Source: a phage. Taken from it: DNA of 64,000 bases. Made by a program: the position numbers and the translations under genes. The notes beneath the pieces are model-generated. The model saw nothing but the letters and a program-made list of their open reading frames with translations, searched no databases and was not told the origin of the DNA. This document shows, piece by piece, positions 19,407 to 28,271 of this stretch; the first letter of the stretch is position 1, and the number at the start of each line of letters is the position of its first letter. The DNA lies in the NCBI GenBank assembly GCA_019326865.1, contig GCA_019326865.1_4101.1; one strand, written 5' to 3'.

Positions 19407-19538
19407 ATGGCTAAGAAAGTAAACAATTTCGTACAGAAACACATGAATGAGTTTAACAAGCCTCAGACACATGTGGATCGTAAAAAAGAAATGAAAAATG
19501 GTAAAGTAAAACACAAGTCGAGATTTATTCTCGACTAA
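19407..19538 (+). CDS. small basic protein (43 aa)
   Basis: GGAG RBS 6 nt upstream of ATG; Lys/Arg-rich; terminator overlaps 3' end; not in ORF track (<60 aa). Confidence 0.4.
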   Translation: MAKKVNNFVQKHMNEFNKPQTHVDRKKEMKNGKVKHKSRFILD

Positions 19539-19545
19539 TTTTTTG
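19517..19545 (+). terminator. rho-independent terminator
   Basis: GTCGAGA-TTTAT-TCTCGAC then TAATTTTTT. Confidence 0.6.
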
Positions 19546-19561
19546 TCTAAATTTTTGAGGA

Positions 19562-20416
19562 TTGTATATGTTGGACATTTCAGATTTTCTTAATTTTAAA
19601 AAGTATTCAGTACTTGAACATATCAACGAATTTCTGAATTCCCCAACACCATTTGGTATCAGTACATCAGATTCATACGATGGATATAGAATCTTCCCAT
19701 GCAATGACTTTCAAATTTCTGTCAAAAAAGGTTTTACAAAAGAAGTTGCAATTCGTGATGTAGTAATGTATAGCGATTCTTCTATTTCTTACTGTCATGA
19801 TGTGAACAATTTTGAATCTCTTTCAACACCTAATTGTTCATACTACAAATCCCATGACACGATGATGTATAAAGAACAACATATCAATGGTGTTTCGTTC
19901 TACAAAACTAGCAGTGATAAATCATATACATCTAGAGATGATTTTGGAAAATACACATGTACTATGCACACGGATAATGAAAAAACAAATTACACTCATT
20001 CATTCGAGTCCAAATTCCAAGAGAGTGAAGTTTCAAATATCACTATACAAGAACAGGTTTCAGAAGGCATTGTATATCGTAGTACTGCATTCTTTCGCAT
20101 GAAAGATGTTGCCACAGGCAGACCAATGATGTACAATATTGACATATACATGAAAGGTGATATATCAGAAGTAGTGATTAGTACTGGTTATCGTGAAAAA
20201 TATACAGTTACAATGGAATCACCAGATGCATCGTTAGTTCACCTCTTTAACAATTTATATACATTCCAATTCGAACTTAGTTTAGACTACAATGAATATC
20301 AAATATTCGATATATTAAAAAGTAATATTATTAATAAGTTAGAATATTACTACAAGTTAGGTGGTAAGATGTGCATAGTTAATACTATGTTACATAACAT
20401 AAAAGAAACATTATAA
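19562..20416 (+). CDS. hypothetical protein
   Basis: 284 aa; GAGG RBS. Confidence 0.6.
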   Translation: MYMLDISDFLNFKKYSVLEHINEFLNSPTPFGISTSDSYDGYRIFPCNDFQISVKKGFTKEVAIRDVVMYSDSSISYCHDVNNFESLSTPNCSYYKSHDTMMYKEQHINGVSFYKTSSDKSYTSRDDFGKYTCTMHTDNEKTNYTHSFESKFQESEVSNITIQEQVSEGIVYRSTAFFRMKDVATGRPMMYNIDIYMKGDISEVVISTGYREKYTVTMESPDASLVHLFNNLYTFQFELSLDYNEYQIFDILKSNIINKLEYYYKLGGKMCIVNTMLHNIKETL

Positions 20417-20432
20417 ATCTGGAGGATTTGGT

Positions 20433-20726
20433 ATGGATACTAAATTCAAAATTATTTTTAAAACTAAGCCGTATATTCCACATACAGCAGAACGTTTTAT
20501 ACCACATGATGCAGAGGAAATTATTCATCAAGATGGTACAAAGTTATATCTAGTGCCATGTTCATATGAACGTGCAGTAGAAATGTTACTCATGAATTCT
20601 AAATTATGTACAAACAAGTACATTAGTTACTTATATAATGAACATATTTTAGATTTTAATGATGAAAATATGTTTATTCTGGCAATTGAAGATTTTAATA
20701 ATTGGTACAACATTATTAAAATCTGA
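20433..20726 (+). CDS. hypothetical protein
   Basis: 97 aa; GGAGG RBS. Confidence 0.5.
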   Translation: MDTKFKIIFKTKPYIPHTAERFIPHDAEEIIHQDGTKLYLVPCSYERAVEMLLMNSKLCTNKYISYLYNEHILDFNDENMFILAIEDFNNWYNIIKI

Positions 20727-20733
20727 TAAAATA

Positions 20734-20770
20734 TTGTGAACATATTAAATCTTTATGATATAATGTTCAC
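20734..20770 (+). promoter_or_regulatory. promoter with extended -10 TGATATAAT inside an inverted repeat
   Basis: TTGTGA 20734-20739; TATAAT 20759-20764; arms GTGAACAT 20736-20743 and ATGTTCAC 20763-20770. Confidence 0.45.
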
Positions 20771-20796
20771 ATATTTTTTTGATAATGGAGATATAG

Positions 20797-21183
20797 ATGA
20801 ATACAAGTTCAATCCTAAAAGCAATTGGTGGTGTTTTACTTATTGAAGTGAAAGGTGAACCAAAACTGTGCTGTTTGGAAGATATGAAGAATACAAAACA
20901 CTTCAGTACTGGTCAGATTTTTAATGCCATTCGTGTTCTAAATGATAAATCAATCGCTGATTATGGTAAAGTTTGGCCTGTATATCAAAACGCAGATGGT
21001 GATATCAGTTCTGACTGGAAAACCATTGAAGCAGTCCGACAAAGTTGTGATAGCGACTGGGACTTCATTGTAGAAGTATGTGACCAACTTCAAGAAGATG
21101 TACCAGAAATTGTGGAACGAAAGGAAGTTCTGGCAAATCTAGAAAAGTTCCGTCATGGAACACTACCATATGATACAATCTAA
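20797..21183 (+). CDS. hypothetical protein
   Basis: 128 aa; GGAG RBS; promoter with inverted repeat upstream. Confidence 0.55.
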   Translation: MNTSSILKAIGGVLLIEVKGEPKLCCLEDMKNTKHFSTGQIFNAIRVLNDKSIADYGKVWPVYQNADGDISSDWKTIEAVRQSCDSDWDFIVEVCDQLQEDVPEIVERKEVLANLEKFRHGTLPYDTI

Positions 21184-21233
21184 TCTACTTATTAAAAAAT
21201 AGCTAGTTAACATTATATAAAAAGGAATTTAAA

Positions 21234-21539
21234 ATGGAAGATAATGGAATGAAATTTGATATGTTTGAGGGTGTACCTGAGTTTGATTTTAACAAACTAG
21301 AAAATGGTGAAGAGTCAGAACTCGTTAGTGTTACACTTAAAGCAGATTCTAAGAAGAAATATTCATCAGCAGTACGTTCACGTTCACAAGAAGAATACGA
21401 AACATTTATTGAAAGTATTCATTATGAAACATTCCATCATGCAGATGGAACTCCATATGAAGTACGTGTAACAGTACTGAAGCCTGAAGTAAATCCAATG
21501 GAAAATCTACGTCCTGTTTACTGCTGGGCAAGTCACTAA
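21234..21539 (+). CDS. hypothetical protein
   Basis: 101 aa; AGGAA RBS; terminator downstream. Confidence 0.55.
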   Translation: MEDNGMKFDMFEGVPEFDFNKLENGEESELVSVTLKADSKKKYSSAVRSRSQEEYETFIESIHYETFHHADGTPYEVRVTVLKPEVNPMENLRPVYCWASH

Positions 21540-21547
21540 TAAACCAA

Positions 21548-21580
21548 AGGACGGGATTTGTTATTTCGTCCTTTTTTTTG
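21548..21580 (+). terminator. rho-independent terminator
   Basis: GGACG...CGTCC stem followed by eight T. Confidence 0.65.
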
Positions 21581-21591
21581 TCTGGAGATGT

Positions 21592-22446
21592 ATGAAACTT
21601 TATCTAATCGTTGACTACAATAAGGATTATGCTGGTAACTTCACCGAAGATTCGGATGGATATTGCACATCGACTAATGTCAATGTACGTAGCAGTAGTG
21701 CTCATGAACATGAATCTTGTAAAAATCTAAAAGATTTTATCACATACCGAGCATTTGAAAAGAACTTCTGCCGCAGTAGATATTCTAAGTTTGAGTACCC
21801 ATTAATTGATGTTCCTGATGAATTGATGTTCCAGCTAATGTTAACTGGAGTTCAAGATTATGATTATATTGCTTATAATCACATAACAAAGAAGATTTAC
21901 ATTGGAACATCAGTACACGATACTTCCATGTATGCATCATGCCCAGATGATCGAATGAAGCATAGAAATTCATACTATAGTGGATCAGTTGGTTCAAATA
22001 ATTCATCAAATAAAAATTCATTCTTTGAGTACGTGTATGATTACCATCACGAGAAAAAAGAACGTGAAGATTACTGTATAGAGATTGATAGTACTAATGG
22101 ATATGAAGACGTAAAAGAAGCTCTTATGCCATACATTATAGAAAAATACTACAAAGATTTTCAGTACTGTAGTAATTTTCTAATCAGAAATTCTATTCAA
22201 ATCGGTCGTCAATCCACTGCATACGCTATGTACTACAGTGATTCTCCAGTTGTAGCAGGAAATGAAAGGGGTGATATCCTACCAATTCCACGTGAAGATA
22301 TGACATTCATTTTTACATCTTTTATTGAGGATGATGAATTGTACGTTAAAAATAAGCATCGTTTCATGCCAAGTAAAATTGAGATTATTAGAAGCATCAG
22401 TGTTGATATATTAACCAATTTTACTGAAAAAACTGAATATAACTGA
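21592..22446 (+). CDS. hypothetical protein
   Basis: 284 aa; contains 'DVPDELMFQLML'; strong terminator downstream. Confidence 0.6.
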   Translation: MKLYLIVDYNKDYAGNFTEDSDGYCTSTNVNVRSSSAHEHESCKNLKDFITYRAFEKNFCRSRYSKFEYPLIDVPDELMFQLMLTGVQDYDYIAYNHITKKIYIGTSVHDTSMYASCPDDRMKHRNSYYSGSVGSNNSSNKNSFFEYVYDYHHEKKEREDYCIEIDSTNGYEDVKEALMPYIIEKYYKDFQYCSNFLIRNSIQIGRQSTAYAMYYSDSPVVAGNERGDILPIPREDMTFIFTSFIEDDELYVKNKHRFMPSKIEIIRSISVDILTNFTEKTEYN

Positions 22447-22463
22447 GACAAAATAGAAGTTAA

Positions 22464-22472
22464 TGATATAAT
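22464..22472 (+). promoter_or_regulatory. extended -10-like TGATATAAT element
   Basis: exact motif 5 nt upstream of terminator hairpin; functional status unclear. Confidence 0.25.
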
Positions 22473-22476
22473 GTGA

Positions 22477-22506
22477 GGTGACAGTATATACTGTCACCTT
22501 TTTTTA
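22477..22506 (+). terminator. rho-independent terminator (22-nt perfect palindrome)
   Basis: GGTGACAGTATATACTGTCACC then TTTTTTT. Confidence 0.8.
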
Positions 22507-23123
22507 ATCCTGAAAGGTTCCTATAAGGAAATGATTAAAAGCCTAATCCACTCGAAAATGTAGAGGGTAGATGAGTAGTCCTTTCAGTACGAACAGCAGA
22601 TGAAACCCGTTAGATGATGGCATAGTTTGAACCACTCACGGCAATGCGGCTGTATAAAGAACTCCAATAGGATAAAGAGAGTTCCTAGATAGACATATAA
22701 GGATCGCACCTTACCAATTATCTAAGGGAGATTTCATAAGAAATATGCGGTCGGAATTATACAATATAGTTGCGTCCAAATTTTGTGAAATCAAATACAA
22801 GTACTGGTCATATGGTATTTGTATTATGTGTCGGGATGTTTAAGACCGACGACCGTTGCTACAAGAACCGCGATAGAGAGAAACAGAGCAACCCGCTTTC
22901 GTCTCGTAAGAGAATTCGTGATATGAACTATGTGAAGGCCACCAGCGTCAAACTTTTTTGTTCTTTCCCCTGCGGGGGGATGAAATATGCTCAAGCAAAC
23001 CTCGTCAATATTAATTAAAAGACTTTATAATACTTGTAGAATTGTACATGCACCGCATGGAGAATTCTACTGATGTTGATGTAATCAACATCACGTATAT
23101 TCATTGATGTTTCCATAGGAATA
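22507..23123 (+). other. GC-enriched non-coding island (candidate structured RNA or foreign remnant)
   Basis: no convincing ORF; sampled 60-nt lines 42-48 percent GC vs about 27-33 percent in flanking genes; bounded by terminator and palindrome. Confidence 0.4.
23071..23093. repeat. perfect inverted repeat TGATGTTGAT-gta-ATCAACATCA
   Basis: 10-bp arms, 3-nt spacer, 30 nt upstream of CDS 23124; no T-run. Confidence 0.6.
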
Positions 23124-23669
23124 ATGATGGCATTTATTAAAAAAGAAAAAACTATTACTTATAAAACTTTGAATTTTGATGATTGTATTAATCAATCACA
23201 GGACGAAAATATTTTTACTGGATATGTGGTTATTAAAGAAAAAGGATGCATTTCTTATATAAAGGAATTGCAAAATGGCATTGAAGTCACTTCAGTTAAA
23301 TTACTTCCTACACAAAAACCAACAATATCAAAAGCCCAGTACGGTAATTATTTCGAGGAAAGATACAGTAATAATTTAATAAGTGTTAAAGCTCATATTG
23401 TAAAAGGAGAACTAGAAGGAGAATATAGAAAATTCAACCCACAAGGAAAATGTGTTTGGGTTAAATACTACAATTCAGGTGTTGATATAACATCTGAAAT
23501 TATAGAGTTCTTAGGGTTGTCATGTACACCTGAAACTCTTCATGACTACAAATTTAATACTGAAGAAGAGTTTAATCTGATGATGCGTTATGGATCACAT
23601 TTTAAATTTTTATATGAATATAACGTTGACAGTAGTATTTTTGATAAAATAGTACATAACTGTCTATAA
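23124..23669 (+). CDS. hypothetical protein
   Basis: 181 aa; AGGAA RBS; palindrome just upstream. Confidence 0.55.
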   Translation: MMAFIKKEKTITYKTLNFDDCINQSQDENIFTGYVVIKEKGCISYIKELQNGIEVTSVKLLPTQKPTISKAQYGNYFEERYSNNLISVKAHIVKGELEGEYRKFNPQGKCVWVKYYNSGVDITSEIIEFLGLSCTPETLHDYKFNTEEEFNLMMRYGSHFKFLYEYNVDSSIFDKIVHNCL

Positions 23670-23685
23670 CAAAAGGATTTATATA

Positions 23686-24207
23686 ATGTCGAAGAAGGAT
23701 ACTTCGAATAAGCACTCAGTTCATTTCAGTACTGGAAAAGATAACTGGACAACCCCAAAAGATTTTTTTGAAGATTTAGATGAGTTATGGGGATTTACAC
23801 TTGATGCTGCTTGTGTAGATGAGACTGCATTGTGTGATAATTTTTTCACTCCAGAAGATGATTCACTGTCACAGGATTGGGGAAATAATATAGTTTGGTT
23901 GAATCCACCATATAGTGACTTAAAAACATGGTTATCTAAAGCTGTAGATGCATATAATAACGGAGCAACTGTAGTTATTCTTGTACCCTCAAGAACCGAT
24001 ACAATTGCTTTTCAGGATTATGCTGCTAAAATATGTGATTGTATTTGTTTTATTAAGGGAAGATTGCGATTTGGTATACCAGAAGAACCCGATAAGAAAA
24101 CTGATTCAGCACCATTTCCTTCGTGTCTGATAGTTCTGGATAAGTACTTAACCACTGCTAAAATCAATTGTCTTAAATCTCTCGGATTGGTGATGAAGAA
24201 TTTATGA
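23686..24207 (+). CDS. DNA methyltransferase, phage Dam-like (N6-adenine type by NPPY motif)
   Basis: 173 aa; catalytic 'WLNPPYSD' (D/N-P-P-Y/F) motif; size typical of small phage MTases. Confidence 0.7.
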   Translation: MSKKDTSNKHSVHFSTGKDNWTTPKDFFEDLDELWGFTLDAACVDETALCDNFFTPEDDSLSQDWGNNIVWLNPPYSDLKTWLSKAVDAYNNGATVVILVPSRTDTIAFQDYAAKICDCICFIKGRLRFGIPEEPDKKTDSAPFPSCLIVLDKYLTTAKINCLKSLGLVMKNL

Positions 24208-24737
24208 AAGAAACATGTATATTATCATTTATGAGATGTAACCCAGTCCACAATGGACATGGTTTAGTTTTTGAAAAGGCCAAAACATTACAAGAACAGT
24301 ACAATGCTGATTTAAAAATTTATCTAAGCACTAGTACTGACAATATAAAAAACCCACTACCACCTGAACTAAAAATGTATTATACAGAGGGATTCTATCC
24401 TTCAGTGCAAGAGAACATCTACACAGAGGACAATCTATTTGATATAATGAGAGAACTGGATGGAAAGTACTTAGATGTTCTCTTCATATGTGGTTCTGAC
24501 CGTATTGATTCTTTTCAGAAAACCCTTGACACTTACAATGGGAAGTTGTATAATTTTTGTAATATAAAAGTAATTCAAGCAGGTATTGACCGCCAATCAA
24601 GTCGATATAGCTCAACACAAATGCGTAAGTTTGCCAAAAATGAAGATTTTGATAGTTTTCGTGAGTTTTTGCCTGGAAATGACGAGAACTTAAAAATTCA
24701 ATTATTTGAAGATGTTATAAAATACATGAGGAAATAA
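24204..24737 (+). CDS. HIGH-motif nucleotidyltransferase (NMNAT/PPAT-like)
   Basis: 'SFMRCNPVHNGH' (HxGH) and 'SSTQMR' (ISSTxxR-like) motifs; ATGA overlap with MTase. Confidence 0.65.
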   Translation: MKETCILSFMRCNPVHNGHGLVFEKAKTLQEQYNADLKIYLSTSTDNIKNPLPPELKMYYTEGFYPSVQENIYTEDNLFDIMRELDGKYLDVLFICGSDRIDSFQKTLDTYNGKLYNFCNIKVIQAGIDRQSSRYSSTQMRKFAKNEDFDSFREFLPGNDENLKIQLFEDVIKYMRK

Positions 24738-24739
24738 TT

Positions 24740-25033
24740 ATGTCAGTACTGTTCAAAACTAATCCAGTACTTTGGGAACAAAATGAACAATCAGGATTTC
24801 GTTCCATCCATGTTGAATACAAAGGTAATACAGTAGTTGCAATTATTGCTAACAAAACTCTAGGAAAATGGACCGCACAGGTTGTTCCTATGGGCTATTC
24901 TTATACATCTGATGAGGTTCAATTTTTAGCTGAACTTTATCGTCAAGTTCCTTTTATTATTAATGTGTTAGAAGGCAATGATACATTATCACATGAAGAT
25001 GTGATTGATTTTCTTGGAAACTTACATGTGTGA
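24740..25033 (+). CDS. hypothetical protein
   Basis: 97 aa ORF. Confidence 0.5.
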   Translation: MSVLFKTNPVLWEQNEQSGFRSIHVEYKGNTVVAIIANKTLGKWTAQVVPMGYSYTSDEVQFLAELYRQVPFIINVLEGNDTLSHEDVIDFLGNLHV

Positions 25034-25313
25034 TGAAATAAATCTTACAGGATATTTTTTACAAGAATCTATGATCAAATTTAGTGAACATTTCCCAGTA
25101 CTGGATGGTATCGAAATGTGGCATGTCAAACCACTGTTTCACACTTTCAGTAAAGAGCACAAAATGTTATTGACTGAAGCGAGTAAATCAAATAACATAT
25201 GTGAAATCAAAATTGGTGTAAATGTCTATAAAGGGATGGTTATCTTTTTTGACAATAACAGCAACTACTTTTATATTGTTAAGGAGCAATACGTTGACAA
25301 ATACAAATACTAA
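25005..25313 (+). CDS. hypothetical protein
   Basis: 102 aa; alt in-frame ATG at 25026. Confidence 0.45.
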   Translation: MIFLETYMCDEINLTGYFLQESMIKFSEHFPVLDGIEMWHVKPLFHTFSKEHKMLLTEASKSNNICEIKIGVNVYKGMVIFFDNNSNYFYIVKEQYVDKYKY

Positions 25314-25902
25314 TACATACTTCCGTTATCTTCGTTTAGGTCTTTCCCTTCGACCAATCCGTGGAAAGTGTGATTCACTCGCAGACCTTGACTATGCATA
25401 TGCATTACATCATGAGGGTGTACAGTATGTATTGGGTGATTATGGTGAATTTGAAGAAACAAATGACAGTACTGGAATTAATGCTGGTGTAGAAAATCTC
25501 AACAACATTGCAAACAGTTCGCGTCATGATATTGTGTTACAGATTCAAAACTTTATTGAGCAACACACTGGTAAACGTGTTTGGTGTTATGTCGGAACTG
25601 ATGCACAAATGTCTATTTCATTCGGTAATGATGACGGATATGTCGCACAGCTAATTATGGATTTTGAATCTGAAGAGAAGTTTTTAGAATTTAAAGATAA
25701 AATCATCAAATCACTCGTTGATATGGGTATCCCAGAAGATAAAATGCCAGAAGTTCAAAACATTGATGAATTTGTTTTGATTCCATCTGATGAGAAATAC
25801 GATGCTATGTTTTCTGCTCTTAATATTCCAGGAGTCATTGTGGAGTACTTTGATGATGGTGATGATAGCATCTATATCGATTTAGATGACGATGATGAAT
25901 AA
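25294..25902 (+). CDS. hypothetical acidic protein
   Basis: TTG start 7 nt after AAGGAG (25281-25286); Asp-rich C-terminus 'DLDDDDE'; terminator downstream. Confidence 0.45.
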   Translation: MTNTNTNTYFRYLRLGLSLRPIRGKCDSLADLDYAYALHHEGVQYVLGDYGEFEETNDSTGINAGVENLNNIANSSRHDIVLQIQNFIEQHTGKRVWCYVGTDAQMSISFGNDDGYVAQLIMDFESEEKFLEFKDKIIKSLVDMGIPEDKMPEVQNIDEFVLIPSDEKYDAMFSALNIPGVIVEYFDDGDDSIYIDLDDDDE

Positions 25903-25906
25903 TATA

Positions 25907-25935
25907 TAGCCCGACATAAGTTCGGGCTATTTTTG
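25907..25935 (+). terminator. rho-independent terminator
   Basis: TAGCCCGA-CATAAGT-TCGGGCTA then TTTTT. Confidence 0.75.
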
Positions 25936-25946
25936 TAAGGGGAAAT

Positions 25947-26222
25947 ATGAATTATAAATTTCTACAATATACATACACAATATTATTTGATTTACATCAC
26001 AATGGACGATATATCAACACAATACGAGAAAACACATTTACTCATATGTTATGGATTGATTACTTAGAAACGATTCGTGCATATTTTGTTAATACTGAGA
26101 TAATCATTCGTGGTAAAAAACAGAAGATTCAACATGTTAATAGTTATGGTGGTAAATTAACTCTAACATTTACCGATAATAATACTAATGAAATGTGTTG
26201 TATCGAGTTGGTGAACATATGA
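25947..26222 (+). CDS. hypothetical small protein, FamB
   Basis: 91 aa; 'KFLQYTYTILFDL' N-term and 'GGKLTLTFTDNN' C-term. Confidence 0.55.
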   Translation: MNYKFLQYTYTILFDLHHNGRYINTIRENTFTHMLWIDYLETIRAYFVNTEIIIRGKKQKIQHVNSYGGKLTLTFTDNNTNEMCCIELVNI

Positions 26223-26485
26223 ATTATAAAGATTTCCAATTAACATATAAGATTATTCGCAATCTAGCACACAGCAATAATAGCCCTAGTCTAGAAGACA
26301 CATGCACAGAAATGATCCATACGATTCGTGCAAAGATTGAAGAAAATTTCAGTACTGTTATTATTAATGATGACCATGCAGAATTTTCTGATATAATCAT
26401 TAGACGTGATGGTAAAGTTGAGGTTCAGTACTACACTGATTTTGGATTTACAAGTGTACCGTTGGAGATATTCCCTTGGGATTAA
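26195..26485 (+). CDS. hypothetical small protein, FamB
   Basis: 96 aa; 'DFQLTYKIIRNL', 'DGKVEVQYYTD'. Confidence 0.55.
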   Translation: MLYRVGEHMNYKDFQLTYKIIRNLAHSNNSPSLEDTCTEMIHTIRAKIEENFSTVIINDDHAEFSDIIIRRDGKVEVQYYTDFGFTSVPLEIFPWD

Positions 26486-26787
26486 ATTTAAATGATATAC
26501 AATTCACTTATAAGGTACTATATGATTTGTATGATGCATACCTTGTTAGTAACAAAATAGGTTCACATAACCCAACCAAAGAACAATCATTTATTGATTT
26601 ATATATTGAGTACTTAGATTCTATTGAAAACTATCTCAAAAAGAATTACAGTACTTTTATCGATGGAAATGATACATTCGATTTCTATGGTGTGCAATCA
26701 TATGATGGTATAATCCATGTTCAATTTCAGGAAAGAACCGATAGGGAATTTATCGAAATTAAAGTTGTGAAGTTGGTGAATTTATAA
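26476..26787 (+). CDS. hypothetical small protein, FamB
   Basis: TTG start after GGAG; 'DIQFTYKVLYDL'. Confidence 0.5.
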   Translation: MGLNLNDIQFTYKVLYDLYDAYLVSNKIGSHNPTKEQSFIDLYIEYLDSIENYLKKNYSTFIDGNDTFDFYGVQSYDGIIHVQFQERTDREFIEIKVVKLVNL

Positions 26788-26797
26788 GAGGTTACAT

Positions 26798-27109
26798 ATG
26801 TTATTAAATGATATACAATTTACATACAAATTTTTGTATATCCAATTCGCAACGGTTGATGCTGGTGAATATATCTACAGTGAAGTTTATCGTTCGATAT
26901 GGATAAAGTTTTTAGATGAATTACATGAATATTACCATGATTTGCGTATAGTTCGTAATAATAAAATATACAAATTCCGCGATATTGTTAGTCATAGCGG
27001 TAAGCTACGATTGGAATTAAGTACTGATAGTGATGTTGATTGGATTGGTGTAAATTTACTGGAGTTGGAGAATGAAAAGCAACTTAAAGGAAATACAAGT
27101 ATTTTATAA
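26798..27109 (+). CDS. hypothetical small protein, FamB
   Basis: 103 aa; 'DIQFTYKFLY', 'SGKLRLELSTDSD'. Confidence 0.55.
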   Translation: MLLNDIQFTYKFLYIQFATVDAGEYIYSEVYRSIWIKFLDELHEYYHDLRIVRNNKIYKFRDIVSHSGKLRLELSTDSDVDWIGVNLLELENEKQLKGNTSIL

Positions 27110-27356
27110 ATTCTTATACTTGTCATATGTTAAAGATGAGTACTATGAAAGTGTGTATTATTTTTTATGGCAACATTACCGTACTATAGTAAGAGATTTA
27201 TATCTAGGAAAATCTATCATATACAATGGTGAAAAATGTACATGTACGGATGTAGTTAGTTTTAATGGTTCTTTAACACTGTGTTTCAGATGCGATAATA
27301 ATAGTGGGTCATTTTCATTAAACGTATATCAGTTAGAAGGAATAAATTTTGAATAA
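27072..27356 (+). CDS. hypothetical small protein, FamB
   Basis: 94 aa; GGAG RBS; 'EIQVFYKFLYL', 'NGSLTLCFRCDNN'. Confidence 0.5.
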   Translation: MKSNLKEIQVFYKFLYLSYVKDEYYESVYYFLWQHYRTIVRDLYLGKSIIYNGEKCTCTDVVSFNGSLTLCFRCDNNSGSFSLNVYQLEGINFE

Positions 27357-27549
27357 GTGTCCATATTGTAACAGTACTCAATTAGCTCGTTTCCGTTTAG
27401 ATTCAGACTGGGCAACTGGTGCTGGGGATTTCTTCCCTATTAATGATGATGCGGAATACACCGAAGAACAACACAAAGATTTTGATAAATCATGGCGACC
27501 GGACATTGAGTGCATTTATTGCCTTAATTGTGAGCGTGTCCATGACTAA
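27349..27549 (+). CDS. small zinc-ribbon protein
   Basis: 66 aa; 'CPYCNS...CIYCLNC' paired CxxC. Confidence 0.5.
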   Translation: MNKCPYCNSTQLARFRLDSDWATGAGDFFPINDDAEYTEEQHKDFDKSWRPDIECIYCLNCERVHD

Positions 27550-27805
27550 AGCTGAACTAATAGTTCATACATATAAAATGATATCAAGTACTGAGTTATC
27601 ATATAGTGAAGATAATCCGGTACTGGATTATTTTGTGGAATTATTGAAAGACCATTATATTGGTAAATCACTGAATCTTAATAATATTAATTTCACTGTA
27701 AAGGATGTAGCACCAGGTAAAAACGTACTAATAGTATGTGTTACTTCATCTGATAACCCAGTATACCCAATATCAATAACTTTTGAGATATTAGGGGATG
27801 TATGA
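27542..27805 (+). CDS. hypothetical small protein, FamB/C-like
   Basis: ATG 27542 overlapping upstream stop; 'HYIGKSLNLNN'. Confidence 0.5.
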   Translation: MTKAELIVHTYKMISSTELSYSEDNPVLDYFVELLKDHYIGKSLNLNNINFTVKDVAPGKNVLIVCVTSSDNPVYPISITFEILGDV

Positions 27806-28092
27806 ATATCATTTTAATACAAAAAACATATACTCTACTAATGAAAGAATATGCTAATACTTATGATGAAAGGTGTAGTGCAATTCATAATATGTATGAA
27901 TTTATTACTCAAGAGTACAGGGATTATATATATGCTGCGTTAGTGGGTAGATATTTCAGTACTAGAAAATACCCAAAACTTCAAATAGTTGATGTTTCTT
28001 TTTATTTCAATGGTCATATTACTATTCATAGTTTAGACCAAGATTCAACAACGTACTTAAACTTTTCATTTGATGAGGTAACATTTTTATGA
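27802..28092 (+). CDS. hypothetical small protein, FamB
   Basis: 96 aa; 'IQKTYTLLMKEY', 'NGHITIHSLDQD'. Confidence 0.5.
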   Translation: MNIILIQKTYTLLMKEYANTYDERCSAIHNMYEFITQEYRDYIYAALVGRYFSTRKYPKLQIVDVSFYFNGHITIHSLDQDSTTYLNFSFDEVTFL

Positions 28093-28271
28093 GAACAGTA
28101 TTTTTTATCTGGAGTCTTTTTTCATTGGCAGTACTGACAGTTTCAGGTGCTTATTCATTTTTAACAATGAACACATGGTATGTTAATTTACTATTCCCAA
28201 TTGTTGGTGTTGGTTTAGGATTTAGTTTACATAGTGTATGTAAGGATTACAATGACAAATACAACAAATGA
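28089..28271 (+). CDS. small membrane protein
   Basis: 60 aa, two hydrophobic helices. Confidence 0.4.
   Translation: MRTVFFIWSLFSLAVLTVSGAYSFLTMNTWYVNLLFPIVGVGLGFSLHSVCKDYNDKYNK

Noticed and set aside
22770-23018. 82-aa ORF inside the GC-rich island
   Set aside because: No ribosome-binding site, odd composition and no recognisable motif; the region is better explained as non-coding, though a decayed gene remains possible.
22507-23123. tRNA genes or a group I intron in the GC-rich island
   Set aside because: I could not find a canonical T-loop (GGTTCRANYCC) with a matching acceptor stem, nor recognisable group I P/Q/R/S elements, and the flanking genes are intact; computational RNA searches are still needed.
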